Positions 12,536 through 24,037 of a stretch of DNA of 64,000 nucleotides are shown one piece after another. Origin of the DNA: Isurus oxyrinchus (taxonomy: Eukaryota); the NCBI GenBank assembly GCA_026770705.1, contig JANJGN010000034.1, positions 5,084,001 through 5,148,000 on the forward strand, read 5' to 3'. The notes beneath the pieces were generated by a model that was not told the DNA's origin, ran no database searches, and worked only from the letters and a program-made list of their open reading frames with translations. A program made the position numbers and the translations under genes. Each line of letters starts with the position of its first letter. Position 1 is the first letter of the stretch.

Positions 12536-15500
12536 GTAAAACCGGAAGGGTATTGATAAATGCTAGGATCTCTGTGTGGGCATATACTAAATTTTCTGTT
12601 TGTGGGGATGATATTTGGAATTGGTTCAGACGAATTGCCACAATAAGCTTGCATAAAAACAAGACAATAATTCTAAATGTTGATCAAGAAAGGCAGCGAA
12701 ATGTAGAGAGTGAGGGAGAGAGAGATAGAGAGAGAGTGACAAAGGCAGAGAGGGAGGGTGAGAGCAGACCATGTAAATCCACAATCGAGGCAGTGCGTTA
12801 ATAACAAAGCACAGCTACAGGTTTTACCGCCTGATTACTCATACGGGGGAATTGACTTACACACCAAATCATCAAAACTACACAATAAACTGCACAATAA
12901 ACTTAGTTGTCTGCCCTAATGGTCCGAGCTGCACAATGCAACAGGTGAATGCTCGGGAATGTGCTTAGTTTCCCTAGAAATATGCACTTTGCATGAAACC
13001 GAGACAATGATCCATATTGGGTCAGCATGTGTAGTCCTCACATTTAACGTATTTTGAAGACCTGCTGCGTGGCAGCGTCAGTAGGTTTTCAATTAAATTT
13101 CCACGGAAGATAACATAAGTGAGGCAGCATTAATGTTTCATCAACGCTGGAGCTTTTAAAGCAACGCCATCAGGGGTCAAAGTGAGGTTTAGGAGGGGAG
13201 CTTCAGATCTCTGCATCTGAAGGCTCCGCCACATCAATGCCTAACTAAGAACAGTTTTTTTTTTTTCAAAAGGCCAAAATATATGAAACAATGAGACCAA
13301 TAAGCATTGACAGGCTCGCCAAAACTAACTGGAGTGGAAAGCCACAAAAGTGGAATGGTTTTAAAAGAAAAATATACATGTAGTTACAAACATCTGACGT
13401 AGCTTCCGAATGTCAATGCAGCTCAATGAAAACATTCTAGTCTCGAATGAAGCAGCCTTTAGTAACCTCAAGTTGACTAAAATTAGAAAGTGCGAAAATA
13501 AATGCCAGCACAATCGGAAATCAAATGCATAATACAACAAATATTGAATGAAGTGTCCCCCAACCGAAAAGCCAAAACATTATTGGAAGGGGGATTGGTA
13601 GAGTGAGGGAATTACGTTTCCTTATCATGGGGCGGCTGTAGATAAAAAGCAGTCACTATGAATATACGAGTCCAGTTTTAGGCATTTTCCACGATGAGCA
13701 GCCAATTTGGTGACAGGAGAATTATGTCAGTATTAGAGTTCAAATAAAACTGCCTTTGTCTTACTTACAATTAATTGGAGAAGTTTTGTATTCGTAAAAT
13801 ACTAGGCGTTTCAAATGCAGATTCCAAAGTTAGAGATCCTATGCTGCTTTGAGGGAGGTTTGCATAATATGTATCTCTGAATTGTCAACACAAATGTGGA
13901 CCAAGAGACCATGCTCTTAAAACATTTCTCTGTAGGGCAGAGTGTAAATGAGTATCAGGGGTTCCATAAAGTTAGATGAGCGCAGGCACAGGAGGTCAGA
14001 GTTCAGGACTGTGAAGACAATGCTTTGTAAGTGACCTTTCGTTTTAACTCCAGCTTGCAAGGTAATAATGCGACTAGTGGACTATAGACCAATTCAGCTC
14101 AATGACGAAGAAACTGCTTTGCAGGGGAATCATGTGCTAATGGGGGTAAAGGAAGAAATGTTTGTCTCTTTCACAGTGGGAATAAGGTGAAGTGCTTGGC
14201 TTCACCATTAACGCTACAATACTGTGGAAGGAGATATGACCAGATCGAAGTGATTAAAAGAATGGCGTTCCAAGATGGGAATCGCTTTAAACAGCAACAA
14301 CACAACCTCTGGTTTAAGTCAGCAGACGCCAGTTAGTGCTTAGAGGGAGCAAAGTGTTCAGCTGTTCACTGTTCATTGGTGTTGTTCACTGATTTGAGGA
14401 AACCAGAGCAGCAGTTGAAGAGATACATGTAAAAATCAGCAAATATAGGGGTGGAGATCAGACGTTAGTTCGTCCACAATAATTGAAAGCTGAACCAGTC
14501 AGCTTACCATCTATCTCGGAAAAAAAAAACCTTATTTATAAGGCGCTATACAGAATAAATGAGCACACTCTGAGGCTGTATGTAAGTGCTGTTTAGACTT
14601 TGCTGTTGTTGTTTTGTTGTCACTTTCCAAAGACTTCTTAACAAAGTGAAATTCCTAACACTGACTACATGGGAGGTAGAAGCTAGAACAATGACTTTTT
14701 GTTTGTTTTCTAAATGTTATCAGGTAAGCACTTGAGCTTGACATCTGCAAATATCGTGACAGGGGACTAGGACGAACTGTGCAGCTTCTGAAAAGGCTTG
14801 CGATATGCTGTGAGATACCAAAACTATTTTGCTACGTCTGCCGTCGCAGATTTGCATTAACTCTTGTATCATTCTCTACGTTGACTTTAACCCTATATGC
14901 TTGTACTCCAGTCTGGATCACATCTAACCAAGCATTGCATGCCATTTAGATCTGCATGGGACTTAGTTAAGACAACTATGCCCTGTAATATTCAATCCCA
15001 ATTTTATTTGTTTCTATATGGAAGCCAAGCATTACAAATATCAAATTCTCAATCGGTCGAAATTCCATCCGAAGCATCTCTAAATATTTAATTGTCTTTC
15101 ACAATTTACGAGTCTATAGCCAATGCTTGGTGAAATGTGACATGTGTTCATCCGACGTGATGTCCCGTTCTGTGGGCTGAGGGAAAATATGTTTTGATGA
15201 ACGGCTGTGAACGGCTTAGGGAAACCATGCACTGTAGATATACAAATCACAGCACGTTATTTATCTTTCTGATCTGGTAGGATGTTACTAAACGCACGGA
15301 TCCAAAGTTTTGGATGTCCCGGTTGCTGCATGCCAAATGTAAAATTTACGCTAAATTACTGACATAACTAAGTGGAGAAAATAATGTATAATGAAAACAT
15401 TTCCATTATTGCTTTATTTCATCTTTTTCTGTGTTTTTACCCCTTTGGTCCAGAATGAAATTATGCCTTTCCTTGGAGTCTTTACTCGATACGATGGAAC

Positions 15501-15940
15501 AGTTCAGATGCTTCACTATGTCATATATGTCATTATGAAGACATTAATGCTTTTGGCTCCCATATTCGATGTTCCTGTAAGACCAGTAAATGCCACTATT
15601 GGCAAACACTTACAAAGTATTACACAGCCCATTCGCTGCAGTACCAGAAATATAATGCTACCAAATTAAACAACATGCTTAAAGGGCAAAACATTACTCA
15701 GTTCATTGCAAACACCATTCTTCTTTTTTTCCCTGAATTTGTGTCACTTCTACCTCAAACAATAGCCTTCCATGCAGCAATTATCAATGTTATTAGGCAC
15801 CTATCATATAAGAATAAAATGGCCCAAGCCCTCGTCAAAGTTGATTTCCAATCAGTGCTTGCTGTTGTCTCGATCTGTTAATTCTGCATAAGAATCAGAA
15901 TTGGGCAGAATATTAACCACTTTGTTTTTATAATTCACAG

Positions 15941-15961
15941 ACCTGACGAAGTGTCAAACAG
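15941..15961 (+). CDS. 21-nt heptad micro-exon, (D)LTKCQT
   Basis: gaatattaaccactttgtttttataattcacag|ACCTGACGAAGTGTCAAACAG|gtaagg. Confidence 0.82.
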
Positions 15962-16408
15962 GTAAGGGAGGGACATTTGTAAGTATATATACAAATTTAA
16001 AAAATGAGTGATGCTAAAAAATGAGTGATGCTGAGGAATAGGTATAAATAATGCTCGAGAGGTTGGTGGAAATTCCACAGCATTTCTATAGTAAATTTTA
16101 TTTTTCAACCATCAAGTCATTTATGAGAGAGTGAAAGAGCGAGAGAGAGCAAATGTGAGCGAGACAGAGAGAGAGAGAGAGAGAGAGGGAGAGAAAGGAA
16201 GGAAGGAACATCCGTCACGGGTGCATGACTCCATATTGGAAAGGATAAGTCGATTTCTTTGAAGCTATGCCTTTTATGGAACGGACTGACATGAGGTAGC
16301 CTGACATCTCGTCAAACAACTGGCGAAAGTATAAACGCTGTGACCTTGATGTAATGTTTTCAATCTAGCAGAAATTCAGGCAGATTTTTTTCCCCTTTAA
16401 TCAAACAG

Positions 16409-16429
16409 ATGTTCAGAAAAACGACCAAA
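16409..16429 (+). CDS. 21-nt heptad micro-exon, (D)VQKNDQ
   Basis: tttttttcccctttaatcaaacag|ATGTTCAGAAAAACGACCAAA|gtaagt (consensus donor). Confidence 0.7.
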
Positions 16430-16707
16430 GTAAGTGGAGAAGGCACTGAACAATTCAACAAATTATTATGTAAAACTGAACAGGTTACTTGTTTCAGGCT
16501 AAAGGAGAATGACTCTGACCTTCCAAATAATAAACGCAAGTTATTTTCTACATATGAATATTGGACGTCGGAAAAGCTACCTCCAAATTTACAAACTAGG
16601 GACGATAAGATGGTGTTTGACAGAATATCGAGTTTTGCAGAGGCTAACAAACAATATATCCAGATATCCAGAATGAAAATTGTAGACCTAAACCACAAGA
16701 TCTTCAT

Positions 16708-16717
<10 letters not shown>

Positions 16718-16745
<28 letters not shown>
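16718..16745. repeat. (TA)n microsatellite
   Basis: Visible TA run. Confidence 0.9.
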
Positions 16746-18743
16746 CTAAGACCTTTATATGTAGAAGAAAGGCAATGGTTGTTGCGTTTTCGCTAAGTCT
16801 GGTTGGTTAACTTTTAGACCAAGTTACATTTGCCCAATTTATATTGAACTTGCTGAAGGTACATATGAGGAGGATCAAGACTCTCAGGTGAAAAAAAAAA
16901 ATACAAATTTCTGCCCCAGCAACTTAACATCCGAATTTGCAACATTGTAAAGAAACGGTTGAAAGGTGTGGCAAGGGTGGAAACGTGATAGCATTGCTTA
17001 AAAACTGCAGATACAACGTGGGTAGCCAAAGATTTCAGAGGCAACGGCGCAGTCAAGAATTGAAAACAGAAAATCGAGTTGAGATATTTGGTATCATTTG
17101 AAGTTAACTGAGAGATCAACTACTTTTTTTTATTGGCGATTCTGGCAGATTTGACGGCAATATCAAAGAAAGGGAGGAGAGAATCTTCAACAATTATACG
17201 AACATGGGAGCCTAGAATGTGGTGTAGACCGTCCACAATCGTTGGAAACAGAGTCAGTGGGAATATATTCAATCTTCTGGACTGGATAATGTAGTCTTAA
17301 AACAACTTTCGGTAAATCAATTGCATATCCATAATTCCTAACTGTATGATCGCTGGTATAAGCTCCTTACTTCAGCAACAGAAGGGCAGTGCTCGATGTG
17401 GCAATTAATATCGGAAAACTTCTTCTTTGTAATACAGAAATACAATAGTAAAGCACAAAAATATTGGCGAGCGTAGCTTCATGCTAAGTTGCTTGAATGA
17501 GTTGCCTGTCATTTTCCAACGACTCGTGATTCAAAAATTGATGCCTATTAGCCGAAAAGTATCTGAACAAAACGCACATACCGAGGAAACATTGTACCAA
17601 GATTGCATAGTATGGCATCATTGAAATTAAGTGCAAGTGATAAGAAAATACACTCAGTTGCAACTGGTCGCATTGAATGCAGTTTGTTCAGTAAGTTACG
17701 CAGATATAAAGGGCTGACAAAAACCGAGCAGGGAGTTGCAAATGTTTGCTGTTAAGGAAAGAGTAATTTTGATTTATGCAGCTATGAATGCAAGTGTGGT
17801 TGAAGGCAATTCTATGCTACTGTTTTTTAAATGTTATCTGACAACTATTTGAGTGGCATGGTCGCATGCTATGTTGATATAACAGGGGTTTCAAGCTAAT
17901 GTTATAACTACTGTAATGGCAGAATACATGCTTGGCGTGAGCAGGTACTTCTGCGTCTGTCTGCGTTGAATTAGAAAACTTTTGGATTCAGCAGTCTGTT
18001 TTTTAAACCTCAGTTGCGTCTCCCGAAACTGCAAAATTGGCTCTTATCTTTAACCCCCCACCACACATCATCGCTGATTACTCCAATTCCAACTTCATTA
18101 TTAATTCTTCCGATGTTGAAGTGCAGGATTTCGGTTGTTAATGACATAATCTCTGGAACATTCTCACAAAACATTTCCAAATACCCATCCCTCATTCCTC
18201 ATTGAAGAAAACAATAATGTAGACTATGAACACACTTCGGGGCATGCGTCCTAACATACGCATAGCTAGCTTGATGCCTAGTGTTGAACGTAAACACGAC
18301 AAAGAAGCGCAATGCGACGATACAGGACGTTACATATGACATTCAGAACGCGTTTATGCTGCCGTTTCTCCTGAGAGTTGATTCTGCAACATGAACAACT
18401 GCAACTACATGGAAAGCCTTCCAAAGCTTCGTATTTGACAAATATTGAATAAGCAGAAATATGACGTAATATGTATTGCAAAGTGATTACACGGCTAAAT
18501 ATTCTTGAATTCCTCCCCACCACCTGTCCTTTTGTTTAATTTTTCTGCCTCTTGACATGTTCCTATTCTAAAGATGTGGATTCCTGCAGCCATACATTTG
18601 ACACTTGTTCACACCATGGAGTGAAACGCTAATTCTTTGTTATCTGCTTGACATGGGTTTCCCTGATCTTTACCAAATGTAGGCTGTGAGTATTTTATTC
18701 GTCCTTCTAGAGATATTAACGAGCCTTCTATGATTTTCCACAG

Positions 18744-18764
18744 AACTGACACAGACTAAGGACG
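18744..18764 (+). CDS. 21-nt heptad micro-exon, (K/E)LTQTKD
   Basis: gatattaacgagccttctatgattttccacag|AACTGACACAGACTAAGGACG|gtaaga. Confidence 0.78.
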
Positions 18765-18994
18765 GTAAGAGTATCAAAATTTGTCACAGTTCAACGTGGA
18801 ATCGAGCGAGGTTGCGAGAGGGAGCAAATGAGAGGGAGATAAAGGAAGCGTGATATCGCCTGACCAATGGAGGCTGAACAGTTGTGGGGTGGGGAAGCAT
18901 CAATAGCAGCCATTTGGGTCCAGGAAAAAAAAAACTCGTATGTTGCTAACTCTTCTAAACAGTCTCCCACCCCGAATTTATTTTCTCCATGCAG

Positions 18995-19029
18995 AATTAA
19001 AGACTGCTGAAGAAGTTAAAAACACATGA
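18995..19029 (+). CDS. Donor-less heptad exon reading through to a stop, (E)LKTAEEVKNT*; candidate alternative terminal exon
   Basis: tttattttctccatgcag|AATTAAAGACTGCTGAAGAAG then ttaaaaacacaTGA. TT replaces GT after nt 21, and TGA is at 19027-19029. Confidence 0.55.
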
Positions 19030-19348
19030 GCCGTCACCAACACGGATAACTCTTAAACACAGAAAAAAAAATCTGCTGGTGTAGATGTTAAATTGAACTG
19101 AAGCTGCAATTGATATCGCACAGCATAAATGCGGAAAATGAAACCTGAAGAAATTTGACCCCGATTCCTGAGCATTTAACATTAAAAGTCATCACCGTTG
19201 ACACCTTCTTTACCCTTAATGTTGAAACCCAGCTTTGTCTTAAGCGGGTGCAACGTTTCAAATATCGCAATAGACAGAGTGACGTGAGACTAATATGATC
19301 ACAGACGGACAACGGGACACGGGAAAATAGAAAATTCTTCCAGAATGA

Positions 19349-19366
19349 AATAAAATGAAAAATAAA
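19349..19366 (+). promoter_or_regulatory. Tandem AATAAA polyadenylation signal candidates
   Basis: AATAAA at 19349-19354 and 19361-19366, about 320 nt after the TGA of the terminal-like exon; the AT-rich context makes chance possible. Confidence 0.4.
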
Positions 19367-19662
19367 CTTAAATACAGTAATTGCAACGTGATTGAAAAGC
19401 TAAATATTTTTAAACTCCTTCACAACAGATGCCTTGTTGCTATGATCCTCTCTCTTCTGATTTCTTCTGGCTAAAAGTAGACCTCTTCCTTGGAGTGGTA
19501 TCAATGAAATTTGTGAAACTGATGTTTTGAAGCTGTGACTGTGAATGATCGATTAACATAATAGCTCCTTAAGGAGCTGGTAGCTCCGAAATGTTGAGTT
19601 GGGGTATTTCTTTATTCCAACCCCTTTCTGGATTTTTACAGCCTTTCTATTATTTCCCACAG

Positions 19663-19683
19663 AACTATCAGAATGCCAGGAAG
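19663..19683 (+). CDS. 21-nt heptad micro-exon, (E)LSECQE
   Basis: gcctttctattatttcccacag|AACTATCAGAATGCCAGGAAG|gtaaga. Confidence 0.8.
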
Positions 19684-19762
19684 GTAAGACTGAAGAGAAA
19701 GCCGTGCAGTTCCATTTGAAATTTCGACATGGTGCCTGATGAGAGAGGGAGTGAGAGAGGTT

Positions 19763-20010
19763 AGGATGGACGAATGGATGGATGGACTGATGGATGGGAG
19801 GACGAATGGCTGAATGAATGGGTGGATGGATGGATCGATGGATGGATGAACGCATGCATGAATGGATAGTTGGTTGGGAGGATGAATGGATGGATGGATA
19901 GTTAAATTGACTAATGGATTGATGGATGGTTGAAGGGAAGGATGGAAGGATGGAAGGGCTGATGGATGAACGAACTGACGGATGAATGGATGGATGGATA
20001 GTTGGCTGGA
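19763..20010. repeat. Degenerate (GGAT)n tetranucleotide repeat
   Basis: ggatggacgaatggatggatgg...; produces the spurious HPSI-rich ORFs 19553-20136. Confidence 0.9.
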
Positions 20011-20641
20011 TAAATGGGGTGAATGGCAAAAATATAGACAATTGAGCAGATAGACTGAGAGATTTTTGTTGTCAATATCAGATCCTCTTGAATCCCTTCT
20101 CAAATTATTTGCAAATTTTAGCTGATATTTCCTCAATGAAAAGGCTAAGAGCTACCTCTCTTGAACTAAATATTGTGCATCTGCCCGCATCCAACTTTGG
20201 TGGCTTGGTGTCAAACGTTGATTGATATCGCTCCTATAAATATGGCGAGACGTTTAAACACATAAATGTTGTACTTTCTCTTGTTAAATGATTCTACAGC
20301 TGTTATCAATTATACTCTGCCGAAACGATTCAAAATTGCACATAAATAACATCTGCTGCTTTTAGAGTGATGTAATGTAATGAAAAGGCTAACCTGAGTG
20401 GGGGAAAGACAGAGAGATACAAAAATAGAGAGAAAGAGTGGAGGCGGGGGGAATAGAGAGAGATTGAGAGAAAGAGAGAGAGCATTATGCATATGCCATG
20501 CTGAAAAGGGCAAAATACAGACATGTAGCAAATCAATCGCAACTTCAGCATAGAGGATGCAATCTGCTGCAGGGAGGTGGATAACTGGAGAGCCAACTGG
20601 TCCAAAACAGGTGCACATTTCAACAGAGACGGAAGGAAACT

Positions 20642-21490
20642 CGTAAGACCATAAGACCTCGGTGCAGAAATTAGGCCATTCGGCCCATTAGGTCTGCCCC
20701 ATCCTGCTATTCGGAAAAAGTCCCATTTTCCCCTGTTTTTCTGCCAGCCAGACAATCTTGCATCCATGCTAAAATGTTACTCCCTACATCACGAGCTTTT
20801 GCTTTCTGTAATGACCTTTGATGTGGCACATTATCAAGTATTTTCTGGAAATCTAAGTAGAGCATGTTTACAGGCTCCCCTTTATCTACAGTGCATGTTG
20901 CTCCTACAAAGAACTCCAGTAAATTGGTTAAACATGATTTACCTTTCAAAAAGCCATCGTAGCTCCTCCCAATTACTTAGTGCCCGGGCATAATTTCCTT
21001 AATGATCAATTCTAACACTTTCCCCATGACCGACGTCAAGCTAATTGGCCTACAGTTTCCTTTAATACACCGTGGTCCCTTCTTGAACAAAGAGGCTATA
21101 TTTTCTACTTTCCAGTCTGATGGGACCTTTCCAGAATCCAGTGAATTTTGGAAAATTAACACCTCATTATTTACCTCTTTAAAGACGCTAGGATGAATTC
21201 TGTTCAGGACCGGGAGCCTTTTCAGCCCACAGCTCCATCAGTTTGCTCAGTACTGCTTTCAGTGATTGTAATTTGATCAAGTTCCCCTCTCCACTTTACC
21301 TCGTGATTGAAAGCTATTAGTGGAATGTTTTTGCATCCTCTGTAGTCCACAAATAAGCAATGTTTCTGTTCATTTCTTCCACCATTTTCGTGCTATCTAC
21401 TATTAACAACCCATTGTCATCTCTAGAGAACCAACACTTACTTTTCTTACTCTTTTCCTTTTGAAATACTCTTGCTACTTGTTTTTACAT
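20642..21490 (-). mobile_element. CR1 LINE fragments (3' tail plus RT region, internally deleted)
   Basis: taagaccataagacc...aggccattcggccc tail. ORFs KGKSCLTNLLEFF...YLDFQK and FQNSLDSGKVPSDWK...NCRPISLTSVMGKVLE. Confidence 0.85.
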
Positions 21491-21494
21491 TTCT

Positions 21495-21945
21495 AGCTAA
21501 CTTGACTCTGATTGGTGAAGGCATTGCCCTGGGCATTGAACCAGTGAAAGGCTGTCACTTATTTTGTTTGGCTGAAACAGGCTCCATGTATGTACATTTG
21601 CTTCCTGTCTACAAAGAACAGGGCCCTGTATTAATATATATTGCTTCCAGTAAACACAAATGCAACATACTACGAGCCCGACTGACAACCTTAAGTTGGT
21701 TGCCAGTGTAATTCTTAACACATTGATGATTATTTAGCAAAAGTTGTCTAATCGTGGAATCATCTCTAATGGTGGACACTGCATTTTAAGTTTTGTAAGC
21801 ACGGGTTGGTTGGGTACAGTCTGTACTCTGCCCATTATGAACAGTGGCTGGGACTTGCCGTTTCAGACGGTCTGCCATTCTTTGGGAAGTACGGCCTACA
21901 TACCTAGCATCACATTGGCAATGAAACTCATATACCACGGGCAGA
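21495..21945 (-). mobile_element. Penelope-like element fragment (GIY-YIG endonuclease region)
   Basis: Minus strand about 21858-21938 translates VVYEFHCQCDARYVGRTSQRMADRLKR (GIY-YIG with CxC), followed by a GPVLCRQ C-terminal motif in ORF 21497-21721. Confidence 0.8.
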
Positions 21946-22139
21946 ATATTGTGGCTGGTCGATGGGTAGAAGATAAATCAGAAATTATGACAGATATCGA
22001 AGAACGACGGCGGGGGTGGCAGTACTTTACAGACTTCTTGAAAGGGTGGCTGAGTCAGAAAACTTCTTGAGAAAACAAATCCACGCTGTCCAAATTTCAC
22101 CTTAAAGTATTCAGCTCTTCCATACATTACTCCGAAGAA

Positions 22140-23005
22140 ATCTTCTGAACCAACTACAATGTGTTCACCTCATTCATTACATACGGAGGTCTTATTTGTT
22201 GCACTGAATGTTTTATGTGTGGCCTTACCAATGGCTTGCAGAAAACAAGCAACGCATCCTTACATTTATTTGAAACTTCTCTCATGAAGAGGGACAGCAA
22301 TTCGTTAGCCATCTTGATGTCATTGTGCACCTGCATACTAGGCATTTGTGACTCAAGCACGAGAACAACTCGTACTCTCTGGCCTTCGAAGTTCTAATGT
22401 CCTTTCCCTTTTAAGAAATGCGTTGCTTTATTATTCTTCCTGCTAAAGTGAACATCTTCACATTGTCCTGCATTATTTTCAAATGTCAGACTTTTTTATG
22501 GTGAAATTTGAACAGTGTGGATGTGCTTTCTCACGAAGTTTTCTGACTCACCCATACTTTCAAGAAGTCGTTACAATACTGTCACCTTCCTCTGGTAGGA
22601 AAAGATACCGCTAAAATACGTTCTCAGCCTTTATCCTTTAACTTTAAACCTATGACACCTGGTTATTGACCCCTTTACTAATGGAAAAAGTGCATTTATC
22701 CATACCACAACTATGACCCCCATAACTGAACACACATCTATCAGATCATGTCTCAACTTTCGCTGCTGCAAGGAAAACAGTCCAGCCTATCCAATCTTTC
22801 TAAATATCTCAGACCCTCCAGTGCAGAATATGACCTGGCAAATATCCTCTGCACCGTCTCCAGCGCAATCCCTTTGTTCCTAAAATCTGTGGGCCAGAAT
22901 CGTATGCAATACTTCATTCATAAACTAATCAGCGTTTTATACAGTTCCAAGACAACTGCCCTGCCTTGGGATGCTAACCCTTGGCTAATAGAGGCAAGTC
23001 TCCGA
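22140..23005 (-). mobile_element. Two old CR1 3'-region fragments, rearranged
   Basis: ORF 22154-22360(-) KDALLVFCKPLVRPHIKHSVQ; 22500-23005 is a second CR1 3' piece, paralogous to about 34430-34900. Confidence 0.7.
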
Positions 23006-24016
23006 TGATTAGGTGACTTACATCAAAGAACATTTAACTTAAATCTATATTTATATTGTAGTCGCATGAATAACAGAAATAATAAAAGTTTAAAACATAA
23101 TCATCACAGCTGACATTCTTTTCATATTTCTATGTTTAAAAATCATATCAATGGCGTATTGTTGTATGCATACTACACTCATGAGGCTCTAATGACACTA
23201 CATAATGCGGGTTGTAGCTGGTGAATTTGTGTGGGTTCTGCCTTCTCGTTCCTGGAAATAATTAGCTACCAGGCAACTGATGTTCCATCTTGGCATAGCC
23301 TGTTCACGAACCGTGGTTAATATATTTTGAGGCGTCACATCAAAAATGCGGACACGAATGCTTCTTTATGAATATGTGTTATTCCAAATATCTGCACAGA
23401 GTTACCCTGCAAAATCGGGCACACTTACCTTCGAATATATTTTCCACCCCATGGTCATTATGCTGCATCCAGAATGGGAGGTTTTCGGAATAATGGATGA
23501 ATTCCTAGGTCTTTGTGCTATAACGCATAAAACGACGTTTTCAACTTCCCAGTGAAGGAACTGAATGCAAATAAGAGGCAATTAGTACCTGGGATATCAG
23601 AACTACATACTGACCCATCACACACGCCTTCAAAACACGGGGATGATGCATGACCTGGAGGTGATGTCCAGCATGCCAATAAAGTTAAAAACTATATTGT
23701 ATTCCGACTCCAAAAACGAATGGGTAAATTAGCTTATTCAGACAACATTACAAGTAGGATTGATACAAGGGGTGAGTTACTCATCGCAGGATTCCTCAAG
23801 TATGGCCTGCTTTTGTCGCCACAGTACTAATACCGCTTGTCCATTTCAATTTCTGGTCATTGCTATCTCCAAGGGTATTGTCTTCAAACGGCATGCTCAG
23901 ATATTGTGAAATAGTTGAGACTTCAATTTTGAAATGATGCTCAGGGGCTAGATTAATTATGCATGAGGCACAGATTTTGCGCAGAATATTTATGGCTTCC
24001 TCGATATTCCCCACAG

Positions 24017-24037
24017 GACTGAAAAAGTGCCAAGAAG
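24017..24037 (+). CDS. 21-nt heptad micro-exon, (G)LKKCQE; last canonical copy found in the window
   Basis: gaatatttatggcttcctcgatattccccacag|GACTGAAAAAGTGCCAAGAAG|gtaagc. Confidence 0.8.

Larger units (their letters stand above)
784..24037 (+). other. Partial spliced gene: array of 21-nt heptad micro-exons encoding a Cys-containing coiled coil (BG/butyrophilin-tail-like architecture); 5' part lies outside the window
   Basis: About 10 AG|21 nt|GT units, all + strand and phase 1, with homologous intronic flanks. Joined they read D/E-[LMFV]-x-x-[C/Y/T/N]-x-x. No Ig, TM or B30.2 exon was recognised. Confidence 0.8.

Noticed and set aside
10564-12801. ORFs with ERERE or SLSLSL runs (10564-10983, 12077-12310, 12126-12662, 12481-12801)
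   Set aside because: Products of GA microsatellites; only the embedded 21-nt exon (EFKKTEE) looks real
14695-14729. Pyrimidine tract plus CAG|GTAAGC, resembling a recursive splice site
   Set aside because: The host intron is only about 3.4 kb and the motif is expected by chance; no other support
15999-16032. 17-bp perfect tandem duplication aaaaaatgagtgatgct x2
   Set aside because: A simple slippage duplication with no spacer structure; not CRISPR-like
17149-17169. ggcag|ATTTGACGGCAATATCAAAGA, resembling exon 15941 (DLTAISK)
   Set aside because: No GT donor after 21 nt and only short flank similarity; possibly a relic but not supportable
19553-20136. 162-aa and 166-aa His/Pro/Ser/Ile-rich ORFs
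   Set aside because: Translation of the (GGAT)n microsatellite on the minus strand
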